Assembly: GCF_963921235.1 (NCBI RefSeq) | Contig: NC_086108.1 | Coordinates: forward strand, 2,170,001-2,234,000 | Length of the DNA: 64,000 nt | Origin: Mobula hypostoma | Taxonomy: Eukaryota | Reading direction: 5' to 3' | In this document: positions 39,078-51,834 of the stretch, piece after piece | Position numbering within the stretch: the first letter of the stretch is position 1 | How the letters are laid out: every line of letters starts with the position of its first letter | Program-made: the position numbers and the translations under genes | The notes under the pieces: generated by a model | What the model was told of the DNA's origin: nothing | The model's database searches: none | The model's input: only the letters and a program-made list of their open reading frames with translations

Positions 39078-39338
39078 CTGCGAGGGAAAGACAAAAGATT
39101 GTACACTCTTATTGATTAATTCAAATTGGCACCACGAACTAGAGGAACAGTAATCCATAAACCACTGGTGATATCAGAGAGCAGAAGGCTGGAGGCAGCC
39201 AGTAATGGAGAGGGCTAATGCCCCACTAGCAGGCACATTTTCACAAACACAAAATACTCTGCAGATGCTGGGGTCAAAGCAACACTCACAACACGCTGGA
39301 GGAACTCAGCAGGTTAGGCAGCATCTGTGGAAACGATG

Positions 39339-39376
39339 AGTCAACGTTTCGGGCCGGAACCCTTCGTCAGGACTGT
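39339..39376 (-). ncRNA. Minimal hammerhead ribozyme motif (inverted copy)
   Basis: Reverse complement reads ACAGTC-CTGACGA-A-GGGTTCCGGCCC-GAAA-CGTT-GACT. Confidence 0.75.
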
Positions 39377-40648
39377 AGAGGGAAGGGGGCAGAGGCCCTA
39401 TAAAGAAGGTGGGGGGAGGGTGGGAAGGAGAAGGCTGGTAGGTTCCAGGTGAAAAACCAGTAATTTGAGAGACAAAGGGGTGGGGGAGGGGAAGCAGGGA
39501 GGTGATAAGCAGGAAAGATGAAGAAGGAATAGGGGAAAACGCTATACCTCTTCCCACCCTGCCACATGCAAAAATGCCATTCCCTATTCCCAGTTCCTCC
39601 GTCTCCGCCGCATCTGCTCCCAGGATGAAGCTTTCTGTTCCAGGACATCTCAAATGTCCTCTTTCTTTAAGGATCGTGGTTTCCCTTCTACCGTCATCAA
39701 TGATGCCCTCACCCGCATCTCCTTCATTTCCCGCACTTCGGCCCTCACCCCATCCTCCCACCACCACAACAGGGACAGAGTTCCCCTTGTCCTCACCTAC
39801 CACCCCACTAGCCTCCGGATCCAGCACATTATCCTCCGCAACCTCTGCCACCTTCAACAGGACCCCACCACTAAGCACATCTTTCCCTCTCCACCCCTCT
39901 CTGCTTTCCGCAGGGATCGGTCCCTTCGCGACTCCCTGGTCCACACGTCCCTCCCCACGGATCTCCCACCTGGCACTTATCCCTGTAAGCGCAAGTGCTA
40001 CACCTGTCCCTACACCTCCTCTCTTGCCACCATTCAGGGCCCCAAACAGTCCTTCCAGGTGAGGCAACACTTCACTTGTGAGTCTGTTGGGGTCATCTAT
40101 TGCATCCGGTGCTCCCGGTGCGGCCTCCTCTACATCGGTGAAACCCGATGCAGATTGGGGGACCGCTTCATCGAGCACCTCCGCTCCATCCGTCAATACA
40201 GACAGGATCTCCCAGTAGCCACCCACTTCAACTCTGCTTCCCACTCCCATTCAGATATGTCTATACATGGCCTCCTCTACTGCCATGATGAGGCTAAACT
40301 CAGGTTGGAGGAGCAACACCTCATATACAGTCTAGGTAGTCTCCAGCCCCTTGGTATGAACATAGAATTCTCCAACTTCCGGTTATTCCCTCCTCCTCCC
40401 TTCCTCTATCCCTATTTCACTCTGCCCCCTCCCCCAGCTGCCTATCACCTCCCTCATGGTTCCGCCTCCATCTACTACCCATTGTGTTTTCCCCTATTCC
40501 TTCTTCACCTTTCCTGCCTATCACCTCCCTGCCTCCCCTCCCCCACCCCTTTATCTTTCCCCTTACTGGTTTTTCACCTGGAACCTACCAGCCTTCTCCT
40601 TCCCACCCTCCCCCCACCTTCTTTATAGGGCCTCTGCCCCCTCCCTCT

Positions 40649-40688
40649 ACAGTCCTGACGAAGGGTTCCGGCCCGAAACGTTGACTGT
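40649..40688 (+). ncRNA. Minimal type I hammerhead ribozyme motif
   Basis: ACAGTC-CTGACGA-A-GGGT(TCCG)GCCC-GAAA-CGTT-GACTGT, with a perfect 6-bp stem I, intact core and palindromic AACGTT. Confidence 0.8.
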
Positions 40689-40949
40689 TCGTTTCCACGG
40701 ATGCTGCCCGACCTGCTGAGTTCCTCCAGCGTGTTGTGAGAGAGGCACATTTTCACACTGTGTGGGGATGCCCACCCAGCAGAGGCTGACTGCTTCTGAG
40801 ATATGAGGTGCTAGGGGTGGGAGATATGGAGTTTCAGGGTCAAACAATCTGGTATTATTCATGAAGGCCTGCTCCAGGGAGTAGGAATGCACTGCCAGGG
40901 GAATTGTGGAGGCAGATTTCAGGGAGCAGGCTAAGTAAAAGAAACAATA

Positions 40950-42450
40950 GTGTGGGCTATCATCTTAATGAGGAGAGGGTTCAATTACGGGTTGAGTCTG
41001 TGGTAAAGAAGGCAAATGCAATGAAATTTCAACGGGGGATAGAATATATAAGCAAGGAGATAATGCTAACCCTTTATGAGATACTAGTCAGGTCGCACTT
41101 GGAGTATTGTCAACAATTTTGGGCCCCATATCTCAGAAAGCGTGCGTTGTCATTGGAGACAGTCCACAGGAGGTTCACCAGGATAATTCTGAGAATGAAG
41201 GGGTTAGCACATAAGGAGGTTTTGGCAGCTTTGGCCCTGTACTCAGGGCATCAAAGGATGAAGGTAGAGCAGTAGATGCAGTGTATATGGATTTCAGCAA
41301 GGCATTTGACAAGGTACCCCATGCAAGGCTTATTGAGAAAGTAAGGAGGCATGGGATCCAAGGGGTCATTGCTTTGTGGATCCAGAACTGGCTTGCCCAC
41401 AGAAAGCAAAGAGTGGTTGTAGATGGGTCATATTCTGCATGGAGGTCGGTGACCAATGGTGTGCCTCAGGGATCTGTTCTGAGACCCCTTTTCTTCATGA
41501 TTTTTATAAATGACCTGGATGAGGAAGTGGAGGGATGGGTTAGTAAATTTGCTGATGACACAAAGGTTGGGGGTGTTGTGGATAGTGTGGAGGGCTGTCA
41601 GAGGTTACAGTGGGACATTGATAGGATGCAAAACCGGGCTGAGAAGTGGCAGATAGAGTTCAAACCAGATAAGTGTGAGGTGGTTCATTTTGTAGGTCAA
41701 ATATGATGGCAGAATATAGTATTAATGGTAAGACTCTTGGCAGTGTGGAGGATCAGAGGGATCTTGGGGTCCTAGTCCATAGGACACTCAAAGCTGCTGT
41801 GCAGGTTGACTCTATGGTTAAGAAGGCATACGGTGCATTGGCCTTCATCAATCGTGGGATTGAGTTTAACAGCCGAGAGGTAATGTTACAGCTATATAGG
41901 ACCCTGGTCAGACCCCACTTGGAGTACTGTGCTCATTTCTGGTCGCCTCACTACAGGAAGGACGTGGAAACCATAGAAAGGGTGCAGAGGAGATTTACAA
42001 GGATGTTGGCTGGATTGGGGAGCATGCCTTATGAGAATAGGTTGAGTGAACTCGGCCTTTTCTCCTTGGAGCGACAGAGAATGAGAGGTGACCTGATTGA
42101 GGTGTGTAAGATGATGAGAGGCACTGATAGTGTGGATAGTCAGAGGCTTTGTCCCAGGGCTGAAATGGCTAAGACAAAAGGGCACAGGTTTAATGTGCTT
42201 GAAAGTAGGTACAGAGGAGATGTCAGGGGTAAGTTTTTTTACACAGAGAGTGGTGAGTGTGTGGAATGGGCTGCCGGTGACGATGGTGGAGGCGGATACA
42301 ATAGGGTCTTTCAAGAGACTCCTGGGTAGGTACAGGGAGCTTAGAAAAATAGAGGGCTATGGGTAACCCTAGGTAATTTCTAAGTAAGTAGATGTTTGGC
42401 ACAGCATTGTGGGCTGAAGGGCCTGTATTGTGCTGTAGGTTTTCTATGGG
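40950..42450 (+). mobile_element. CR1 fragments (old 40950-41245; 5'-truncated copy 41246-42450)
   Basis: ORFs 41281-41706 and 41703-42329 have MDFSKAFDKVPH, KFADDTKVGG and RPHLEYCAHFWSP. Tail TTCTATG. Confidence 0.88.
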
Positions 42451-42999
42451 TCTATGGACCCAACATCCTTCTTGTAGTGAGGCAACCAGAACTGTGTGCG
42501 ATTCTCCAGATGCGGCATCCTACCAGTCTAAGCCTGCCTGGACAAGACAGAAAACAGTTCAGCTTACATTGTGGGCAACATTTCAATTGGCTTGAATTAT
42601 GAATTGAAATAAAAAATATAGGTGAATTTTAAGAAACAGTGTGTGATGGGGAAATTTCATGGTGATTTTCTTGCTCAGCAGCCCAGAATCCATATGATAC
42701 ACCCAAAAGTATTCAGGAAGCAAAATCTTTGTTGTCCAGTGATAATGGATATGTCAGTGGGTTAGTTTTGTAAATGATTTCTTGGAATAGCGGAGGAGGC
42801 AGGATGAACTGATTGTGGTTTCTATGTTCCTCAGCACCTGCGCTGAAGGTTGAATGATGAATCCAGAAATTAGTAGGCAGCTCCATACCAGTAAGTGAAT
42901 AACCAGCAGTTTCTTAAACTTCTGGATGTTCAGCGAGGGTGGTGTCTGGCAAGTTACTGGAGTCCAAACACTGATAATACTGCAGGAGCCCAGGACTAT

Positions 43000-43770
43000 T
43001 CAGTACTGGAGTTGGGATGTTATGTTGTTGTATAAGAGGCCTAATCTTAGGTATTGTGTACAGGTCTGGCCACTTACCTATAGGAAAGACACCAGTAAGA
43101 TTGAAAGATCCAGAAAAAATTTCAGAATCGGGTTTAATATCACTGGCATATGTTGTGAAATTTGTTGTCTTTGTGGCAACAGTATTATGCAATGTATAAT
43201 AACAGAAAACAACTGTGAATCACAGTATGTATTTATATTAAATAGTTGAATTTAGTTCAAAAATGGAAATTAATAAAAACTAGTGAGGCAGTGTTCATGG
43301 GTTCAATGTCAGAGGGGAAGAAGCTGTTCCTGAATCGCTGAGTGTGTGACGTCAGGCTCCTGTCCCTCCTCCCTGAGGGTAACAGTGAGAACAAAGCACG
43401 TTGCTGGGAACCGAGGATCTGAGTTCGAGGAAATTCTGAAGAGGTTTGGACTTTATTCCCTGCAGCACAGGAGAATGAGGGGAGATTTGATAGAGGAATG
43501 CAAAGCGATGAGGGATAGCGATAGGACATATGTAAGCAGGCTTTTCCCGGTGAGGTTGGGTAAGACCTGAGCTTGAGTTCACATTTTTGATTAGGGGTGA
43601 AAGGTGAAATATTTCAGGGGAACTTTTTTTACTCAAAGTGTGGAATGAGTTGTCAGTGGAAGTGCTGGATGAAAGGTCTGATTTCAATACTTAGGAGGAA
43701 GTTGGATAAGTATACGGATGGGAGGTCAATAGCCCTGATGCAGTCGATGGGACTAGGCTGAGCTACGGGT
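43000..43770 (+). mobile_element. Old CR1 3' fragment interrupted by a Rex1-type tail (43120-43395, minus)
   Basis: LYKRPNLRYCVQVWPLTYRKD, then GLYSLQHRRMRGDLIE after the insertion. Confidence 0.65.
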
Positions 43771-45564
43771 CATTATGGACTAGCTGGGCTGTAGTACTCC
43801 AGGGCTACCCTAATCTCCTCACTCCTGAGTAACAATCCCTTCTGCATTCCCACTCCGCCTGAGGTGCTGAGGCTAATGTTTACAGCGCGTCCCTCCCTGA
43901 CAGAGCTGTACTGGTTCTGTGATGTGCAGAGCCTGGCCTGTTGTGTGTGTGTGTGTGTGTGATTGCAAGGCTCATTCATGCAAGAACCTAGAAGAGGAAG
44001 TTTCAGACCATTACATGCTTCACTGATGCAAGAGGCATTTCCTGATGTACGTGCCCTTTCACCTCTGGGACTTTCTGCAGTAAGCAAGTCTGAATGGTTG
44101 TCAAAATGGATTCAGAGTCCCTGAATTAAATAATTGCAGACAATGACTCCTCTTGTTGGTTATTTGTTGCCATGCTTCTATCACTTTTCCCATTGTCCCT
44201 TCCCAGTTAACCCTTTCTTCTCTCTACCTTCTCTCCTTCCTGTCCCTGCCTCTATCCCTCCTTACACCTCCTGTATTCTTCCATTGAGATCGTCAGTGTG
44301 CAGACAGTGGCCCCAAGAACCTGTATGACTTAATGAAACGTCATCAGCCCAGAAATGTTCAACCCCTCACAAGTGTCAACTGAAAATGCATTCTCAGCAT
44401 TTCTTGGTATTAACTGCTAACTTGGCAGCTCACAACCCTTCTAGGCTTGCTTATACACACACTCACAGATATATATATATATATATATGAGGATGAGGAG
44501 GAATTCGGAATGGAATGATAATTTACTCTTTAGATATCAAAATACATATATATCACAATATACAACCCTGAGATTTATTTTCCTGTGGGCATACTCAGCA
44601 AATCTATAGAATAGTAACTATAACAGGATCAATGAAAGATCAAGCAGAGTGCAGAAGACAACAAACTGTGCAAATGCAAATATAAATAAATAGCAATAAA
44701 TAATGAGAAAGTGAGATAATGAGATAAAGAGAGATCATTGGTTGTGGGAACATCTCAATGGATGGGCAAGTGAATGTGGTTATCCCCATTTGTTCAAGAG
44801 GCTGATGGTTGAGGGGTAGTAACTATTCCTGAACCTGGTGGTGTGAGTCCTGAGGCTCTTGTACCTTCTACTGATGAAGAAAACAGTACTGCCTGGGTGG
44901 TGGGGATCTCTGATGACGGATGCTGCTTCCTATGACAGTGTTTCATGTAGATGTGCCCAGTAGTTGGAGAGCTTTACCTGTGGTGGACTGTTCCAAACCC
45001 ACTCCCGTTTGTAGGATCACACACAAAGTGCTGAGGGACTCAGCAGGGCAGGCTGCATCAACAGGAAACTGTCGAGGTTTCAGGCCAGGATTTTCTGTTC
45101 AAGGGCACTGGTGTTTCCATGCCAGGCTGTGATGCTCTCCACTACACATTTATAAAAGTATGTCAAAGATTTAGATGCCATGCGGAATCTCCACAGACTC
45201 CTGAGGAAGTATAGGTGCTGCAATAACTGCACTGGCGTGTTGGATATCAGAACTGATCCACTGAAACATGCCTTCTTTGTAATGTGAAGCTGATCATGTG
45301 ATAGGAAACTCGTGTTGGTAAAAAAAATTGTGTTTGTTTATTCATTTCACTGAAACATGCTCTTCAGCCCATCACATCAAATCTATCCCTTCTAGTTGTC
45401 CTTGGTTCATAGTCTTCTAATCCTTGTCAAATCAAATGAGCATCTACATAGTTGGTAAATGTTAGGAATATTTGCTTTCAGCATCCATTCAACCAGTTCA
45501 TTCCTGATTTTCATTACCCTCTGGGTGAAAACATTCTTCCTCAAGTCCCTTCTGAACTTCTTGT

Positions 45565-45737
45565 TCGTTTGTCATGGGCTGTGTCACATGATGAGGGAGG
45601 TCATGGGCTTTCCATGACCACGATTGTTCTGGGAAATTTTTTCTACTGGGTTGGTTTGCCATTTCCTTCTTCTGGGCAGTGTCTTTACAAGTCAGGTGAC
45701 CTCCCCCCCCGCCCCCCAAAGCATTATCAATACTCTT
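45565..45737 (-). mobile_element. Partial RTE-derived non-autonomous element
   Basis: Reverse-complement homology to 52340-52500. Confidence 0.6.
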
Positions 45738-46095
45738 GAGGAATTTAAGCTGCTGGCCCTCCCCACCCCTGATCCTCCAGTGTGCACTGGCTCATAGGCT
45801 TCTCGATTCCTCCTCCTGGAGTCAAAAATCAGCTCCTAGGTCTTGCTGACATTGAGTAACATGTTGTTGTTGTGGCACCACTCGGCCAGATTTTCAGTTC
45901 TCCTCCCATATGTACAGGCGAGTGGTATTAGACCAAGGGAATGAAGAATGAAGACCAGGGCCAGTCCAGAGTGGCAGGTAGAACTGAGGCTTGTAACCTC
46001 AGATAGGCAATCACCCTACTCCCTAAAAAAGCCACTTCAAACTTGACCCTATATTATCTTCCAATAAATCTTAAGTGATCAAATCATTGTCTTAA

Positions 46096-49070
46096 GACAA
46101 TAAGACCATAAGATATAGGAGCATAAGCAGCCCTTCGAATCTGCTCCACCATTCAATCATGGGCTGATCCAATTCTTCCAGTTATCCCCACTCCCCTGCC
46201 TTCTCCCCATACCCTTTGATGCCCTGGCTAATCAAGAACCTATCTATCTCTGCCTTAAGTACACTCAATGACTCGGCCTCCACAGCCGCTCGTGGCAACA
46301 AATCCCACAAATTTACCACCCTCTGACTAAAGTAATTTCATAGAAACATAGAAACATAGAAACATAGAAAATAGGTGCAGGAGTAGGCCATTCGGCCCTT
46401 CGAGCCTGCACCACCATTTATTATGATCATGGCTGATCATCCAACTCAGAACCCCGCCCCAGCCTTCCCTCCATACCCACTGAACCCTGTAGCCACAAGG
46501 GCCATATCTAACTCCCTCTTAAATATAGCCAATGAACTGGCCTCAACTGTTTCCTGTGGCAGAGAATTCCACAGATTCACCACTCTCTGTGTGAAGAAGT
46601 TTTTCCTAATCTCGGTCCTAAAAGGCTTCCCCTCTATCCTCAAACTGTGACCCCTCGTTCTGGACTTCCCCAACATCGGGAACAATCTTCCTGCATCTAG
46701 CCTGTCCAATCCCTTTAGGATCTTATACGTTTCAATCAGATCCCCCCTCAATCTTCTAAATTCCAACGAGTACTATTAGTTCATCCAGTCTTTCTTCATA
46801 TGAAAGTCCTGCCATCCCAGGAATCAATCTGGTGAACCTTCGTTGTACTCCCTCTATGGCAAAGATGTCTTTCCACAGATTAGGGGACCAAAACTGCACA
46901 CAATACTCCAGGTGTGGTCTCACCAAGGCCTTGTACAACTGCAGTAGTACCTCCCTGCTCCTGTACTCGAATCCTCTCGCTATAAATGCCAGCATACCAT
47001 TTGCCTTTTTCACCGCCTGCTGTACCTGCATGCCCACTTTCAATGACTGGTGTATAATGACACCCAGGTCTCGTTGCACCTCCCCTTTTCCTAATCGGCC
47101 ACCATTCAGATAATAATCTGTTTTCCTATTTTTGCCACCAAAGTGGATAACTTCACATTTATCTACATTAAATTGCATCTGCCATGAGTTTGCCCACTCA
47201 CCCAACCTATCCAAGTCACCCTGCATCCTCTTAGCATCCTCCTCACTGCTAACACTGCCACCCAGCTTCGTGTCATCCGCAAACTTGGAGATGCTGCATT
47301 TAATTCCCTCATCCAAGTCATTAATATATATTGTAAACAACTGGGGTCCCAGCACTGAGCCTTGCGGTACCCCACTAGTCACTGCCTGCCATTCTGAAAA
47401 GGTCCCGTTTATTCCCACTCTTTGCTTCCTGTCTGCTAACCAATTCTCCACCCACACCAATACCTTACCCCCAATACCATGTGCTTTAAGTTTGCACACT
47501 AATCTCCTGTGTGGGACCTTGTCAAACGCCTTCTGAAAATCCAATACACCACATCTACTACATCTCCTTTGTCTACCCTGCTTGTAATTTCCTCAAAAAA
47601 TTGCAGTAGGTTTGTCAGGCAGGATTTTCCTTTCAGGAAACCATGCTGGCTTTGGCCTGTCTTGTCATGTGCTTTCAGGTACTCTGAAAACAAGCGATTC
47701 CAACAACTTCCCAACCACTGATGTCAGGTTAACAGGTCTATAGTTTTCTTTCTGCTGCCTCCCACCCTTAAATAGCAGAGTAACATTTGCAATTTTCCAG
47801 TCATCTATCTATCGATTCTTGAAAGATCATCGTTAATGCCTCCGCAGTCTCTCCAGCTACTTCCTTCAGAACCTGAGGGTGCATTTCATCAGGTCCAGGA
47901 GATTTATCCACCCTCACACCATTAAGCTTCCTGAGCACCTTCTCAGTTTTTTTTTTCATTGCACATACTTCACTTCCCCGATGCTCTTGGATGTCTGGTA
48001 TACTGCAGATGTCTTCCACTGTGAAGACTGATGCAAAATATGCATTCAGTTCCTCTGCCATCTCTGCTTCTCTCATTACAATAACTCCAGTGTCATTTTA
48101 TATTGGTCCTATATCTACCCTCAACTCTCTTTTACCCTTTATATACTTAAAAAAGCTTTTAGTGTCTTCTTTGATATTAGTCTCCAGCTTCCTTTCATAA
48201 TTCATCTTTTCCTTCCTAATGACCTCCTTAGTTTCCTTCTGGAAGCTTTTAAAACCTTCCCAATCCTCTATCTTTGCACTCGCTTTGGCTTCTTGGTATG
48301 TCCTCTCTTCTGCTTTTACTTTGGCTCTGACCTCACTTGTCGCCATGGTAGTGTCCTTCTTGTATTCGAAAATTACTTCTTATTTGGAATATATGTCTTG
48401 CACTTCCCTCATTTTTCACAGAAACTCCAGCTATTGCTGCTCTGCTGTCCTTCCTGCTTGTGTCCCTTTCAAGTCAACTTTGGCCAGTTCCCCTCTCATG
48501 TCATTGTAATTTCCTTTATTCCACTGAAATCCCGACACATTGGAATTTAGTTTCTCCTTCTTAAATTTCCAAGTGAACTCAATCATATTGTGATCACAGT
48601 TCCCTAAGGGTTTCTTAACCATAAACTCTCTGAACACCTCTGGATCATTGCACAACACCCAATCCATGCACAGCTGATCCCCTAGTGGGCTCAACAACAA
48701 GCTGTTCTAAAAAGTCATCCCTTAGACATTCTACAAATTCTCTCTCTTGAGGTTCAGAGCTAGCTTGGTTTTCCAATCCACTTTCATGTTAAAATCCTCA
48801 ATGATTATCATGACATTGCCCTTCTGACATGCCTTTTCCATCTCCTGCTGTAATTTGTACTCCACATCCCGGCTGCTGTTTGGAGGCCTGTATACAACTG
48901 CTATTAGCACCCTTTTACCCTTGCCATTTCTTAACTCACCCCATAGAGACTCTACACCTTCCATAGAGACTCTACACCTTCTGCTGCTATGTCATCTCTT
49001 TCCAAGGATTTAATATTATTTCTTATACACAGGGCCACACCGCCCCTCTGCCTACTAACCTGTCTTCTCC
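46096..49070 (-). mobile_element. CR1 LINE related to 1129-5320, with part of the RT replaced by a younger CR1
   Basis: 3' end at 46096-46339. Body at 47545-49070 (AEELNAYFASVFT, CDHNMI, VYRPPN). Confidence 0.88.
46340..47545 (-). mobile_element. Young CR1 3' segment
   Basis: (ATAGAAAC)n tail on the plus strand. Near-identical to 33446-34640 and 60119-61193. Confidence 0.92.
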
Positions 49071-49400
49071 GAATGAAGTGGATGTGGATGTGGATGTGGA
49101 TATGGAGAGGATGTTTCCTTTGGTGGGAGAGTTTAGGACCAGAGAGCACAGCCTCAGGATAGAGGGACGTCCATTTAGAACAGAGATGAGCAAGAGTTTC
49201 TTCAGCCAGGGAGTGATGAATCTGTGGAATTCGTTGCCACAGGTGGCTGTGGAGGCCGAGGTTGTTGGATTCTTGATTAGTCAGGGCATGAAGGGATATG
49301 GGGAGAAGGCAACTGACTGGAGCTGAGAGGGAAATGGATTAACCATGGTGAAATGGCGGAGCAGACTCGATGGGCCAAATAGCCGAATTCTTATGGTCTT
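49071..49400 (+). mobile_element. CR1 3' fragment with (GGATGT)n expansion
   Basis: ORF 49078-49326 reads DVDVDMERMFPLVGEFRTREHSLRIEG. Confidence 0.8.
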
Positions 49401-50004
49401 AGGTTTGCTGTGAACATTCTTAGACATGTTTCCTAATTACGAAGCTGACGCATTTCAGTGGGTGTGAAATGCCCTGAGATTGAACTGTCCTCTGTATCCT
49501 TTAAGAGTGAGAGCCCAAGGGAATGTGTGCCCAAGCTGACAGGCAGTCCCTGGTCTCCATTAACTCCTGGAAGAAGAGTGAATGTTTAGCATTTCCTGTT
49601 TAAACAGAAACACTAATCAGCCCCGAGCCATTTTCCCCTAAAATAAAATGCAATTGAAACGAAAAGCGCTGGCATTCAATAGTTACTCTCAACTGCGGGT
49701 AGGAAGTGAGACAGTCAGTGGTATAGTCATCCAGAGGTCTGGACAACTACTTCACAGAACCTGTGGACTTGAATTTAATGAAATAAAATGTGTGTGTTGC
49801 TCTGTGAGTGTTCTCGATGTAGCTACTAAGAAGGCACGACAGTGGCTAAACTTCATTAGGTGTTTGAGGAGGTTTGATATGTCACCTAAAACAGTCACAA
49901 GTTTCTAAAGATGGACCATGGAGAACATTCTAAATGACTGCATCACCGACTGGCATGGTGGGGGGTGGTTACTAACAGTAATGAAATAAGCTCCAGAGAG
50001 TTAT

Positions 50005-51180
50005 AAGACCATAGACTGTAAAACATAGGAGCAGAATTAGGCCGTCTGGCCCATCCAGTCTTCTCCACCATTCAATCATGGCTGATCCTGTTTTCTATCT
50101 CTTCCTCAATCCCAGTTCCTGGCCTTTCCCCCGTAAGCTTTGAAGCCATGTGCAATCAAGAACCTATCAATCTCTGCCTTATATACACACAATGGCCTGG
50201 CCTCCACAGCTGCACGTAGCAATGAATTCCACAAATTCACCACCCTCTGTCTGAAGAAATTTCTCCGCATCTCTGTTTTGAAAGGGTGCCCCTCTATCCT
50301 GAGGCTGTGCCCTCTTATCCTAGAGTCTCCCACCATGGGAAACATCCTTTCCATATCTACTCTGTCTAGGCCTTTCAACATTCCAAAGGTTTCAATGAGA
50401 TTCCTCCCTCATCCTTCTAAATTCCAACGAGTACAGACCCAGAGCCATCAAACATTCCTTGTATGATAACCCTTTCATTCCCAGAATCATCCTTGTAACC
50501 TCCTCTGGACCCTCTCCAATGCCAGCACATCTTTTCTAAGATGAGGGGCCCAAAACTGTTCACAATACTCAAGGTGAGGCCTCACCAGTACCTTATAAAG
50601 CCTCAGCATCACATCCTTGCTTTTGTATTCTAAACCTCTTGAAATGAATGCTAACATGGTATTTACCTTCCTCACCACTGACTCAACCTGCAAGTTAACC
50701 TTCAGGGTGTTCTGCACAAGGACTCCCAAGTCCCTCAGCATCTCAGATTCCTGGATTTTCTCCCCGTTTAGAAAATAGTCTGCACATTTATTTCCACTAC
50801 TAAAGTGCACGACCATGCATTTTCCAACATTGTATTTCTTTTGCCACTTTCTTGCCCATTCTCCTAATCTAAGTCTTTCTGCATCCTACCTGCTTCCTCA
50901 GCACTAACTGCCCCTCCACCAATCTTCGTATCATCTGCAAACTTGGCGACAAAGCCATCTATTCCATCATCTAAATCATTGATATACAGCATAAAAAAGA
51001 AGTGGTCCCAACACTGACCCCTGTGGAACACCACTAGTCACTGGCAGCCAACCAGAAAAGGATCCTTTTATTCCTATTCACTGCCTCCTACCAATCAGCC
51101 AATGCTCTAACCATGTTAGTAATTTTCCTGTAAAACCATGGGCTCTTAACTTGGTAAGCAGCCTCATGTGTGGCACCTTT
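50005..51180 (-). mobile_element. 5'-truncated CR1 LINE
   Basis: ORFs 50106-50381 and 50487-50816 encode the CR1 ORF2 C-terminus. Confidence 0.88.
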
Positions 51181-51769
51181 ATTGATTCTCAACCCTGGGA
51201 AAAAGGACCGAGAGCACCTCATGATCCAGCAAGGAACCTTCTAGTCTCCTAGCACATGCCCTCTTCTCATTGTCACCATCAGGGAGGAGGTACAGGAGCC
51301 AGAAGACACGAACTCAATGATTCAGGAACAGCTTCTTCCCCTCCGCCATCCGATTTCTGAATGGACATTGAACCCATGAACACCACCTCACTATTTGATA
51401 TTTCTGTTTTTGCACCACTTATTTAACTTTAGATTTTTAAAAATATGTATAGCTCCTCTCATTCAGTTTTTATTACTCTGCGTAGCATTGTATTGCTGCC
51501 GCCTAACAGATTTCACGACATATGACAACAATATTAAACCTGATCGTGTGTGTATTTGGGGTGGGGGGCGGTGTGAGTGTATGTGTGTGTACTCAAAACC
51601 AACAATGTCCCTGGCTATTGACCCCCCGTCCCCCCCATTAGATGATCAGTTATGCACACACAACCTGCACAGGGCAAGGAGAGGCTGTAAAGTCATCCAA
51701 CAGGAAAACAGTCCCTTCCAATTAGCATGGCCATCTGAGCGAGCTCTATCTGACCATAACCCTCTAAAC

Positions 51770-51834
51770 CAGGGGTTCCCAACCTTTATTATGTCGTGGA
51801 CCAAAACCATTACACAAGGAGTTGGGAACCCCCG
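51770..51834. mobile_element. 65-bp hAT-like MITE
   Basis: TIRs CAGGGGTTCCCAAC / GTTGGGAACCCCCG. The 8-bp flanks CTCTAAAC and TTGTAAAC match at 6 of 8. Confidence 0.7.

Larger units (their letters stand above)
39246..40742 (+). mobile_element. Penelope-like element with ~290-bp inverted terminal copy and 15-bp TSD
   Basis: ORF 39654-40628 has VPLVLTYHP and VIYCIRCSRCGLLYIGET (GIY-YIG). 39246-39540 is an inverted copy of the 3' end. TSD AGGCACATTTTCACA at 39231-39245 and 40743-40757. Confidence 0.93.

Noticed and set aside
39306..40250. 314-aa antisense ORF, and similar antisense ORFs such as 60426-61118
   Set aside because: Shadow frames of Penelope or CR1 coding sequence.
44050..44080. Collagen-like SPRGER after a minus-strand acceptor
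   Set aside because: Only one clear Gly triplet and no matching donor, so it is indistinguishable from chance.
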